DNA of 64,000 bases from Candidatus Latescibacterota bacterium. GTDB lineage: Bacteria > Latescibacterota > UBA2968. Numbering within the stretch: position 1 is the first letter of the stretch; each line of letters opens with the position of its first letter. Made by a program: the position numbers and the translations under genes. Where the stretch lies: contig OZ242320.1 in NCBI GenBank assembly GCA_965208125.1, forward strand, positions 2,944,001 to 3,008,000. The letters are read 5' to 3'. The notes beneath the pieces are model-generated. The model saw only the letters and a program-made list of their open reading frames with translations, did no database searches and was not told the DNA's origin. Positions 55,497-64,000 of this stretch are shown piece after piece.

Positions 55497-56984
55497 ATGC
55501 TTCGATATATCCGAGTGTCTTTATTGGCCTGCTTCCTTTTGTCGTGTGCGGCACATGCGCCTGCTTTAACAGAGACTTATGTGGTGCAAAGAGGGGATTC
55601 TCTATGGGAAATTGCCGATCAGTTTTCCATGAGTGTGGCCGAACTGAAGCGGAGCAATGGATTAAAGTCGCATCACATTTACCCGGGACAAAGACTGCTC
55701 ATTCGCTCACAAAGGCTTCACACGCGCTCCTCCAGTGGAGTAGAATACGTGGTGAGAAGGGGAGATTCGCTTTCTAAAATCGCCGCGCGGTTTTCTATGA
55801 GTGTGACCGAACTGAAGCGGATCAATGGGTTGAGGTCGAATAATATTTATCCCGGACAAAGGCTTCGCACGCGTTCTTATACGCAATCGTCTCGCTCCCG
55901 TTCTTATACTGTGCAGCCGTCTCGCTCCCGTCCGTCTCCCGGCTACATAGAAATGGACTATGTGGTGAGAAGGGGAGATTCGCTTTCTAAAATCGCCGCG
56001 CAATATTCCATGGGCCTGACCGAACTGAAGCGGAGCAATGGCATCAGATCGGATCGCATTTATGTAGGCCAGAGATTAAAGATACGGACTCGGTTAAAAA
56101 CGATCGCGATGGATAATGGACCGTATTATTTTTATCGTCCCAAAGCCGCTGTGCAACGCAGTCGCGGATATCGGGAAGTGCCCCCCAAAAAGCCGATTGA
56201 AGATTATAGAAATGCCCAAAATTTGATGGGTGTGTTCAATGCAAGTATTAATTCTGATGTGCGTCGAGATAGCAGATCACAGCCGTTGAAAGGCTGGCGC
56301 ATTGTGCTCGACCCGGGGCATGGTGGACGCGACCCGGGTGCTATTGTTTCCAATTTAGATGGCAATAATCGTTCGGTTTATGTGGTTGAAGATGAATTTG
56401 TTTACGATATCGCGTTGCGTTTGTACCAAAAACTGAGGTTTGCAGGTGCCGAGGTGGAGATGACGGTGATTAGTCCAAATCATCTCATTCGGGAAAATAA
56501 TCCGCCTGCGAGGACGTTTGTACACGAACAAAACGAAGTCTATAACGATGTAAGTGCCAACAGAAGAAATAGTTTTTCAGTGCGTCCGGGGCTTGACAAT
56601 ATTGTACAAAGAGTAAAAATAGCCAACCGTTTCTTTGCAAGGCGCGGGAAGACTCTGTTTATATCACTGCATGCAGACAACACTCCCCATCGCCCAAGGG
56701 GTCCGCTGGTTATTTATTGGAGCAGGCGCGGGAAGATCGATTCTCGGTCCCGGGCATTTGCGCGGATTATGGAAAGGGCACTCGATCTGCCAGATGTGCC
56801 CGCTCAAATTGGGGGGCGCAATCTGGCGGTGTTGCGAGGCAATCTGGCGCAGGCAGAAATTCTGGTGGAGATACGCAATGTACACGATAAGGGCGAAGCC
56901 TGGGCGTTGCGTTCTCACAAGATACGCGATTCCGATGCCGATCGAATTTTGCGCGGGATATTAAATTACGCGAAGAGGTATTAG
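55497..56984 (+). CDS. Triple-LysM N-acetylmuramoyl-L-alanine amidase (Amidase_3), possible lipoprotein
   Basis: LLSC lipobox; 3x YVV.RGDSL..IA...N LysM; LDPGHGG.DPGA, ISLHAD, LVEI. Confidence 0.88.
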   Translation: MLRYIRVSLLACFLLSCAAHAPALTETYVVQRGDSLWEIADQFSMSVAELKRSNGLKSHHIYPGQRLLIRSQRLHTRSSSGVEYVVRRGDSLSKIAARFSMSVTELKRINGLRSNNIYPGQRLRTRSYTQSSRSRSYTVQPSRSRPSPGYIEMDYVVRRGDSLSKIAAQYSMGLTELKRSNGIRSDRIYVGQRLKIRTRLKTIAMDNGPYYFYRPKAAVQRSRGYREVPPKKPIEDYRNAQNLMGVFNASINSDVRRDSRSQPLKGWRIVLDPGHGGRDPGAIVSNLDGNNRSVYVVEDEFVYDIALRLYQKLRFAGAEVEMTVISPNHLIRENNPPARTFVHEQNEVYNDVSANRRNSFSVRPGLDNIVQRVKIANRFFARRGKTLFISLHADNTPHRPRGPLVIYWSRRGKIDSRSRAFARIMERALDLPDVPAQIGGRNLAVLRGNLAQAEILVEIRNVHDKGEAWALRSHKIRDSDADRILRGILNYAKRY

Positions 56985-56994
56985 GATATAGATA

Positions 56995-59181
56995 TTACGG
57001 AGAAAATCGCTTTAAGCGCAGGGCATTGGTGACAACGGAGACAGAAGAGAGGGCCATAGCGGCGGCAGCGAGCATGGGACCGCCCAGGGGATTGAGCAGG
57101 CCCAGGGCAGCAATGGGAATGAGAAGGGTGTTGTAGGCAAATGCCCAGAAGAGATTTTGGCGAATGATGCGCATGGTTTGCCGCGATAGCCGAATAGATG
57201 TGGCTATGGCCGACAGGTTGCCCGACATGAGGATCATGCCCGCGCTTTCTATGGCAATGTCTGTACCCGAACTCAGGGCGATGCCGACATTGGCCTGGGC
57301 GAGTGCGGGTGCGTCGTTGATGCCATCGCCAACCATGCCCACGTTTATATTTTTGTTCTGGAGTTGCGCGATTTTGTGTGCTTTATCCTGAGGTAGAACT
57401 TCGGCAAAGATCTGATTGATGTTGAGCTGTTGCCCAATGGCTTTGGCCGTGCGCGCATTGTCACCTGTCATGAGCGAGACTTCAAGGCTCAGGTGCTGGA
57501 GGTCTTGAACGGCTTGCGCGGCGTCGGCTTTCAGGTTGTCTGAAATGGCGATGAGGCCCGCGGGCTGATCATTGACGGTGACGAATACGGCGGTTTTGCC
57601 CTCGGCTTCGAGTTTTTCGGCTGGATATTTTGCGCGGTCAGATATGGCGCGTGGATTGCCGAGTACGACGCGCTGTCCGTCAATTGTAGCGGCAATACCA
57701 ACGCCGGGTCTGGCTTCAAAATCTGTGGTTGGATGCAGGGAGAGGTTGGCTTCTTGCGCGGCGCGAACAATGGCTTCGCCGAGGGGGTGTTCCGATCCTT
57801 TTTCTGCGGAAGCTGCGAATTTGAGTATGTAATCGCGGTGGTAATTTTCTGTGGGGATAATATCGGTGACAGTGGGTTTGCCCTCTGTTAGCGTGCCTGT
57901 TTTGTCCAGGACAATGGCATTGAGGCGGTGTGCATTTTCGAGCACATCGCCTCCTTTTATGAGGATACCGAGTTGCGCGCCCCGTCCTGTGCCGACTGCG
58001 ATGGCGGTGGGCGTGGCCAGGCCCATTGCACAAGGGCAGGCGATGATGAGGACGACTACGGCATTGATGAGAGCGGTTTCGATCCCAGAGCCAGAAATCC
58101 ACCACAGGGCGAAGATCAGCAGGGCGATAGCGAAGATTATGGGGACAAAGACGCGGGCGACTCGATCGGCGAGGTGTTGTATGGGTGCTTTAGATCCCTG
58201 TGCTTGGCGTACGAGGTCGATGATTTGAGACAAGACTGTATCGGCACCGATCTGTGTTGCCTGGAAGATAAAACTACCGGTCGTGTTGCGCGTACCGCCT
58301 GTGACTTTGTCGCCTTGTTGTTTGTCAACGGGTAGGGATTCGCCCGTGAGCATGGATTCGTCAATTGCGGATTGTCCGTTTTTTATGAGGCCATCGACAG
58401 GGATGTTTTCACCGGGCCGAACGCGAATATGGTCGCCGACCTGGATGTGTTCAACGGGTGTTTCAACATCCCGACCGTTGCGAACGATGTGGGCAGTTTT
58501 GGGGCGCAGGTCGAGGAGTTTTCGGATGGCGGACGATGTTTGGCCCCTGGCGCGCGTTTCGAGCAGACGACCGAGCAGGACGAGTGTAATGATCATGGCA
58601 GAGGTGTCGAAGTAGGTCTGGATATTCTGCGTACCGAGTGGGGCAAAGGTTACCGCGGCGCTGTAAAAATAAGCGGCGAGGGTTCCCGCAGCTATCAGGC
58701 TGTTCATGTCGGCTGTGCGATGGCGCAGCGCAGTCCATGCCCCTTTGAGAAAACGCCAGCCGCATAAGAATTGAACCGGTGTGGCCAATGCAAAGAGCAA
58801 TATGTGAATGTGATATGGGGGGATGTTCGCGCCCCACAGGGTTCGGGTCATGCCGGTTGCCATGATGAGTGCGGAGAGGATTGCGGCGATAGTGAATAGA
58901 GAACGCAGCTTGCGATATTCGGTTATGCGTCCGATTTGTTCGGCGTCTTCCGAAGTGTGAGAAGAGGCTTTGTAACCCGCATTGGAGACGGCATTTACAA
59001 GTGTGTCTATCAGAACGGCTTTGTGATGAACCGTGGCCTGGTGAGTGGCAAAGTTGACCTGGGCATCTGCGACGCCGGGAACGGTTTGGAGGGCATCTTC
59101 AACCCGCGCCACACAGGCGGCACAACTCATGCCTTCGATGGATAGGGTCAGGGTTTGCATGGGGTGTTCGGTTTTTGTCAT
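56995..59181 (-). CDS. copA: Cu(I)-translocating P1B-type ATPase
   Basis: [43 protein letters not shown]. Confidence 0.92.
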   Translation of the reverse strand: MTKTEHPMQTLTLSIEGMSCAACVARVEDALQTVPGVADAQVNFATHQATVHHKAVLIDTLVNAVSNAGYKASSHTSEDAEQIGRITEYRKLRSLFTIAAILSALIMATGMTRTLWGANIPPYHIHILLFALATPVQFLCGWRFLKGAWTALRHRTADMNSLIAAGTLAAYFYSAAVTFAPLGTQNIQTYFDTSAMIITLVLLGRLLETRARGQTSSAIRKLLDLRPKTAHIVRNGRDVETPVEHIQVGDHIRVRPGENIPVDGLIKNGQSAIDESMLTGESLPVDKQQGDKVTGGTRNTTGSFIFQATQIGADTVLSQIIDLVRQAQGSKAPIQHLADRVARVFVPIIFAIALLIFALWWISGSGIETALINAVVVLIIACPCAMGLATPTAIAVGTGRGAQLGILIKGGDVLENAHRLNAIVLDKTGTLTEGKPTVTDIIPTENYHRDYILKFAASAEKGSEHPLGEAIVRAAQEANLSLHPTTDFEARPGVGIAATIDGQRVVLGNPRAISDRAKYPAEKLEAEGKTAVFVTVNDQPAGLIAISDNLKADAAQAVQDLQHLSLEVSLMTGDNARTAKAIGQQLNINQIFAEVLPQDKAHKIAQLQNKNINVGMVGDGINDAPALAQANVGIALSSGTDIAIESAGMILMSGNLSAIATSIRLSRQTMRIIRQNLFWAFAYNTLLIPIAALGLLNPLGGPMLAAAAMALSSVSVVTNALRLKRFSP

Positions 59182-59196
59182 GGGCTGTTGTGAAAG

Positions 59197-60315
59197 CTAT
59201 TTGAGGTTTTCGGGGTTTAGTCCTTTGAGGTCCTCTACGACAAAATGCCCGTCTTTGCGAATGCATTCGTCATCGAAGTAGATTTCTCCACCGCCGTATT
59301 CGGGTGTTTGGATAAATACCATGTCCCAGTGTACGGCAGAGCGGTTGCCGTTGTCGGCGTCATCTTGATAGGCATTGCCAGGTGTAAAGTGGAATGATCC
59401 CGATATTTTTTCGTCGAAGAGAATATCGAGCATAGGCGATGTGATATAGGGGTTGAATGCGATGGCAAATTCGCCAATATAACGCGCGCCTTCATCTGTG
59501 TCGAGAATATCATTGAGTTTGGCGGTATTGTTCGAGGTCGCGTTGATGATTTTGCCCGCTTGAAAGGTCAGTTCGATATCTGAAAATGTCGTACCGCGAT
59601 AGATGGTGGGAACGTTGAAATGGATGTGGCCGTTTACGGAGTCTTTAACCGGCGCGGTGAAACACTCGCCATCGGGGATGTTGCGAAGCCCCGTACACGG
59701 TCTGACCGGTATGTCTTTGATGCTAAAGGACAGATCCGTATCGACGCCTGTGATACGCACGCGGTCGGTTTGTTCCATGCGTTTTTTAAGGGGTGCGACC
59801 GCTTCGGCCATTTTGCCATAGTCGAGCGTGCAGACGTCAAAATAAAAATCTTCAAATGCTTCGGTACTTTGTTGCGCCTGTTGCGCCATCGAAGGCGTGG
59901 GCCATCGCAAGACCACCCATTTGGTGTGCGGTACGCGGATGGCAAAATGCACGGGTTTGAGCCATTGTTTTTCGTAGATATCCATCGCGGTACTGGGTAT
60001 ATCTGATAATTCTGAGATGTTGCGGCTGCCGCGCAGACCAATGTAGGCCTGTACGCGTTTCATTCGGTAGGCTTCATAATCGCCTGCTTGTTGCATGGTG
60101 GCGATATCGCCTGCATGGATGAGTTCGCGTTGGATGCGGTTATTTTTTATAGATATTAGGGGAATACCGCCAACTTCGCGCACTTTGCGAATGAGTGCAA
60201 TGATCATGTCTTCGGGCATGTCGTAGCCCTGGATGAGGACGGTTTCACCCGCTTGTAACTTTGTGGAATGGCGAATTAAGACATCGGCGAGTTTTTCAAG
60301 GCGAGGGTCTTGCAT
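59197..60315 (-). CDS. Aminopeptidase, M29 family
   Basis: NIPDGECFTAP, DTDEGARYIGE, ILFDEK, H.TPGNAY, N.SAVHWD. Confidence 0.9.
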   Translation of the reverse strand: MQDPRLEKLADVLIRHSTKLQAGETVLIQGYDMPEDMIIALIRKVREVGGIPLISIKNNRIQRELIHAGDIATMQQAGDYEAYRMKRVQAYIGLRGSRNISELSDIPSTAMDIYEKQWLKPVHFAIRVPHTKWVVLRWPTPSMAQQAQQSTEAFEDFYFDVCTLDYGKMAEAVAPLKKRMEQTDRVRITGVDTDLSFSIKDIPVRPCTGLRNIPDGECFTAPVKDSVNGHIHFNVPTIYRGTTFSDIELTFQAGKIINATSNNTAKLNDILDTDEGARYIGEFAIAFNPYITSPMLDILFDEKISGSFHFTPGNAYQDDADNGNRSAVHWDMVFIQTPEYGGGEIYFDDECIRKDGHFVVEDLKGLNPENLK

Positions 60316-60408
60316 AAAGTTTCCTCGAGATAATTGCGGTTGATGTTGATATAAAAATAATATATGATGTGTTTGTAAGCCATCATAAAAATAAAACAGG
60401 TAGATCAC

Positions 60409-61182
60409 ATGAAATTTAGACCGTGTATTGATTTGAAAGATGGCCGGGTTGTACAAATCGTGGGGGGCACGTTGCGCGATGGGAATACCCAGCGCGCGGT
60501 GACGAATTTTGAGACCGAGCGTTCTCCTGCGGATTATGCCCGGCTGTATCGCGAGGACGGATTTTTAGGAGGCCATGTGATTGCGCTTGGGCCGGGCAAT
60601 GATGCGGCGGCGTTGGAGGCTTTGACGGCATTTCCCGGGGGTCTGCACATGGGTGGGGGTATCACGCCGCGCAATGCGGAAAAATTTTTGCGTGCGGGTG
60701 CAAGCCATGTGATTGTGACGTCTTATGTTTTTCGCGATGGGCAAATTGATATGACGCGATTGGATGAGATGATACGGGCTGTGGGTAGAGAGCATTTGGT
60801 TCTGGATTTGAGTTGTCGAAAGCGCGGTGATGATTATGTTGTTGTAACGGATCGCTGGCAAAGATTTACGGATGTGACTGTCGGCGAGGAGATATTGAGT
60901 ATGTTGGCCGGTTATTGTGCTGAGTTTTTGGTGCATGGGGTTGATGTAGAGGGCAAACGTGCAGGTATAGAAGAACCTCTGGTGAAAATGCTGGGCAGAT
61001 GGTCACCCGTGCCGGTAACTTATGCAGGTGGCGTGCGCGAGCTATCGGATTTGCACCGCGTCAATGTGCTGGGCCAGGGGCGGGTAGATCTGACTATTGG
61101 CAGTGCGCTGGATATTTTTGGGGGCGATGTGGCATATCGAGATGTTGTGGCATGGATGAGAAGTTTGAAGGAAGAAGTGTGA
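60409..61182 (+). CDS. hisA: ProFAR isomerase, eukaryote-like (His6) type
   Basis: FRPCIDL..G.V.QIVGGTL, GGHVI.LG, HVIVTSYVF, LDLSCR, EFLVHGVDVEG, DLTIGSALDIFGG. Confidence 0.9.
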   Translation: MKFRPCIDLKDGRVVQIVGGTLRDGNTQRAVTNFETERSPADYARLYREDGFLGGHVIALGPGNDAAALEALTAFPGGLHMGGGITPRNAEKFLRAGASHVIVTSYVFRDGQIDMTRLDEMIRAVGREHLVLDLSCRKRGDDYVVVTDRWQRFTDVTVGEEILSMLAGYCAEFLVHGVDVEGKRAGIEEPLVKMLGRWSPVPVTYAGGVRELSDLHRVNVLGQGRVDLTIGSALDIFGGDVAYRDVVAWMRSLKEEV

Positions 61183-61270
61183 AGTGTGATCCGCAGAAAA
61201 AAACGCGAATGAGCGGTGTACAACTGGCCGCCTATCAGGCCAGTTCATTTGAGCGTTTTTCGCAGATGAT

Positions 61271-61296
61271 GTAGGGGCAATCCCTCGTGGTTGCCC
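61271..61296 (+). repeat. GTAG-type REP-like palindrome
   Basis: GTAG-GGGCAA-tccctcgtgg-TTGCCC in the hisA-thiL spacer. Confidence 0.5.
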
Positions 61297-61328
61297 GCTT
61301 TTGTAAGATACAAGAAGGAAGAAGAGAG

Positions 61329-62324
61329 ATGGATCGGTTTAAGGACATTGGAGAGTTCGGTTTTATTGATCGCATTGCCGCGCACGCACAGCGCAATCGG
61401 GTTCTGTGTGGGATTGGGGATGATTGCGCTGTTATGGCAGCCGGGCAGGCGCGCGTGCGATTGGTGACGGTTGATGCAATGGTTGAGGGCGTGCACTTTG
61501 TGCCACAGGCATCGCCAGAAGGCGTGGGGTACAAATTACTGGCCGCGAGTTTGTCCGATGTGGCCGCTATGGGCGGGAAACCGACTGATGCTGTTGTGGC
61601 GGTTAGCGCGTCAGGTGATTGTGATGCGGGTTATGTGGAGCGGATTTACAACGGGCTTTTTGCCTATGCAGATCGGTTTGGTGTGGCTGTTGTAGGTGGT
61701 GATACAACGCGCACGTCTGGTGCGCTGGTTTTGAGTTTGACGCTTACGGGTGAGATGGCGCGAGATCAGGTGTGTTATCGGTCTGGGGCACAAGTGGGTG
61801 ATGCGGTCTATGTATCGGGGACGTTGGGCGATGCTGTGGGTGGTTTGGGAGTGGTATTGGGTGACGTGGATCTGTCGGACGAGGTGCGAACCGCGTTGTT
61901 ACAAAGGCATTATCGACCCGAGCCGCGGTTGGATTTGGGACAGGCATTGGCGGAGACAGGTGCAGTGACAGCGATGATCGATGTGTCGGATGGGTTGGCT
62001 TCGGATTTGAGCCATATTTGCCGGCAAAGTGGTGTGTCGGCTGTGATTCGAGCAGCGGCGATTCCCTTGTCGCGGGCGTTTATAAAATTTTGTGAAGTGA
62101 GCGGTGAAGAAAAATTGAATCTCGCACTCACTGGAGGAGAGGATTTTGAGTTGCTATTTTCTGTGTCACACACACAGGTCGATAAGGTCGAAGCATTGGT
62201 AGAGAAGTATTCGATTTGTCGCATTGGCGAGATTGTGACTGGCGATGGCCGTGTGATGATAGAAGATGGAGATGGAAAGCGCGTACTACTGGAACAGTTG
62301 GGTTATGATCATTTTGGGAGCTAA
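61329..62324 (+). CDS. thiL: Thiamine-monophosphate kinase
   Basis: GEFGFI, GIGDDCA, EGVHF, LSDVAAMG, GGDT, IDVSDGL, GGEDFELLF, GYDHF. Confidence 0.93.
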   Translation: MDRFKDIGEFGFIDRIAAHAQRNRVLCGIGDDCAVMAAGQARVRLVTVDAMVEGVHFVPQASPEGVGYKLLAASLSDVAAMGGKPTDAVVAVSASGDCDAGYVERIYNGLFAYADRFGVAVVGGDTTRTSGALVLSLTLTGEMARDQVCYRSGAQVGDAVYVSGTLGDAVGGLGVVLGDVDLSDEVRTALLQRHYRPEPRLDLGQALAETGAVTAMIDVSDGLASDLSHICRQSGVSAVIRAAAIPLSRAFIKFCEVSGEEKLNLALTGGEDFELLFSVSHTQVDKVEALVEKYSICRIGEIVTGDGRVMIEDGDGKRVLLEQLGYDHFGS

Positions 62325-62662
62325 CTGTTGACCACGCGTTGCCGCTGACGTTTTTTTTCTGAGCGCTGGCGTTTTTTGTCGAGGCGTTTTTCAATTGAAG
62401 ATCGGTTGGGGCGGGTTTTGATGCGCGGTTTGCGCTTTTTGTCGCGCTCGTTCAGGCGATTTTGCAAACGCTCGAGGGCGAGCTGTTTGTTGCGGTATTG
62501 TGAGCGGTGTTCTGTGGCGATGACTGTTATACCCGTGGGTATGTGGATTGCGCGCACGGCGGTTTCAACTTTGTTGCGGTGTTGACCGCCGGGTCCAGAC
62601 CCGCGCATGGTTTGAAATCGAACATCCTTCAGGAGCGCGTTGTTGTCGGTGTTTTTAGACAT
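62321..62662 (-). CDS. Short GGQ peptidyl-tRNA hydrolase (ArfB/YaeJ-like)
   Basis: RGSGPGGQHRNKVETAVR, RSQYRNK, basic tail RIKTRP...KRLDKKRQRSEKK. Confidence 0.85.
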   Translation of the reverse strand: MSKNTDNNALLKDVRFQTMRGSGPGGQHRNKVETAVRAIHIPTGITVIATEHRSQYRNKQLALERLQNRLNERDKKRKPRIKTRPNRSSIEKRLDKKRQRSEKKRQRQRVVNS

Positions 62663-62672
62663 TTTGAATTAT

Positions 62673-62736
62673 AAAAAAATAGCGGTCAGTTTTTAACGAT
62701 CACCCCACGAGACGTGATGGCACAAAACTGACCGCT
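62673..62736 (-). terminator. Intrinsic terminator after S1-like gene
   Basis: AGCGGTCAGTTTT...AAAACTGACCGCT 13-bp stem followed by ATTTTTTT on minus strand. Confidence 0.7.
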
Positions 62737-62749
62737 GAATTTTAATAGC

Positions 62750-64000
62750 TCAGGCCAGTCCTGCACGACGAAGGGCGTCGGCCATGGCATTGTCGCTTTG
62801 AGACTCTTGCGTTTGCTTGGATTTGAATGCGGCCATGTCCTCAATTTCGGCAGTTTGCCTATCTTGTTCTTCGATGGCGCGCATCGAAAGTGAGATGCGT
62901 TTTTTATCCGAATCGATTTCGCGGATCAGGGCTTTGACTTCTTGACCGGCTGAAACGACCTCGCTGGGGTTTGAGATGCGTTTTCCCGAAACGAACTGCG
63001 AGATGTGGATCAGTCCCTCAATACCGGGTTCAATTTCGACAAAGGCACCGAAATTCTGGATTGAAACAACTTTGCCGGTGATGATGCTGCCCGATTGGTA
63101 GCGCTCTGCTACCGTATCCCAGGGATCTTTTTCCAGTGCTTTGATGGAGAGCGATATGCGCTCATTTTTTTTCCCCAGATTCTTGAGGCCGATTATTTTG
63201 ACACGCACTTCTTCGCCTTTTTTTAAGACACTGCGCGGATTTTCTACGCGGGTGTGGCTGATTTCCGAGACGTGTACCAGACCTTCAACGCCTCCGAGGT
63301 CAACAAAAGAGCCGAAGCGTTCTATGCGTGTAATGGTTCCCGTTCTTTCTTCACCTTCTGAGAGTTGCTGGCGCATCTCGTCGGCTTTTTTGCGGTTTTC
63401 TTCTTCCAGATAAGCGCGGCGTGACACGACGACATTGTTGCGTCCTCGCAGTTCAACTATTTTGAAGTTGTGGGTTTGGCCCGCATACGAAGCCGGGTCG
63501 TCGCAATATCCCGTGTCGATTTGCGACATGGGGCAGAATGCGCGAAGTCCGCCGATATTCACCACGAGGCCTCCGGTGTTGAAGCCGGTGACTTTGCCGG
63601 CGATGGGCATGTCGTTTTGATGTGCTTGACGCAGGAGTTGACGGCTGGAAACGCGCAACGAAAATGCCAGGCGTATTTCGCCATCGGTGCTGGCGACGAA
63701 GGCTTCGATGGTATCGCCAGTTTTGTATTTCAATTCGCCCGATTCGTCGCGCAGTTCTTGAATGTCTATTGATGCTTCACTGCGTCCGCCAAAGTCGATA
63801 AATGCTGTGGAGTCACCGATTTCGCGGACGGTTCCGGTGACTTTATCACCAGTAGCGACCTCGCGATAATTCTGCTTATCGCTTTCTTCGAGCAGTGTAG
63901 CAAATTCGGTATCAGGTGTGTCTTCAGCGTATTTTTTGTCGAGTTCTTCGACAGTGGGCGCGTCGTCTGAAGGGGCTTGAGATGGTGTATCGGCAGTGGT
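62750..64000 (-). CDS. Ribosomal protein S1-like protein (4 S1 domains visible), 5'-truncated by window edge
   Basis: Frame open to 64000 (TTADTPSQ...EFATLLEES...GDKVTGTVREIG..AFIDFGGRSEA); further S1 repeats FG.FVDLGGVEGLVHVSEIS and FGAFVEIEPGIEGLIHIS. Confidence 0.85.
   Translation of the reverse strand, partial: TTADTPSQAPSDDAPTVEELDKKYAEDTPDTEFATLLEESDKQNYREVATGDKVTGTVREIGDSTAFIDFGGRSEASIDIQELRDESGELKYKTGDTIEAFVASTDGEIRLAFSLRVSSRQLLRQAHQNDMPIAGKVTGFNTGGLVVNIGGLRAFCPMSQIDTGYCDDPASYAGQTHNFKIVELRGRNNVVVSRRAYLEEENRKKADEMRQQLSEGEERTGTITRIERFGSFVDLGGVEGLVHVSEISHTRVENPRSVLKKGEEVRVKIIGLKNLGKKNERISLSIKALEKDPWDTVAERYQSGSIITGKVVSIQNFGAFVEIEPGIEGLIHISQFVSGKRISNPSEVVSAGQEVKALIREIDSDKKRISLSMRAIEEQDRQTAEIEDMAAFKSKQTQESQSDNAMADALRRAGLA

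Noticed and set aside
61197-61260. Hairpin (AACTGGCC/GGCCAGTT) upstream of thiL as a TPP riboswitch
   Set aside because: Lacks the TPP aptamer CUGAGA core; more likely a terminator or repeat-derived hairpin

Overview
Gene-dense bacterial chromosomal window with about 55 CDS and no rRNA, CRISPR or transposase. Three PhyH dioxygenases, a sulfatase, a heparinase-like lyase, a GWxTD/TPR protein and a DUF6785-like transporter suggest a marine or host-associated Latescibacterota/Poribacteria-like heterotroph (inference only). Layout: a minus-strand catabolic/transport block (1-10.2 kb); a plus-strand block with PBP1A, MurG and a long sugar/sulfate catabolic run (10.4-30.6 kb); a minus-strand block RDD-PhyH-SBP-HAMP-MFS-PhyH (30.7-36.5 kb); a type II TA pair; ino1 divergent from a LysR gene; a ~10.8 kb envelope-stress locus (pspA to thiI); then LysM amidase, CopA, M29 peptidase, hisA, thiL, an ArfB-like gene and an S1 paralog. 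Two items stand out. (1) An 87-nt allo-tRNA-like cloverleaf at 30575-30661 (minus strand), invisible in the ORF track, with a 9/3 or 8/4 acceptor branch, G3-U70, G73, a long variable arm, encoded CCA and only a 4-nt loop where the anticodon should be. (2) A rewired phage-shock locus: a sigma-54 promoter with two candidate enhancer sites upstream of pspA, a membrane-anchored winged-helix protein, three PspB-like paralogs, ECF sigma, NfeD, flotillin, a TPR histidine kinase and a receiver-fused PspF-like activator lacking the PspA-contact Trp. All family calls are by motif recognition; no database searches were run.
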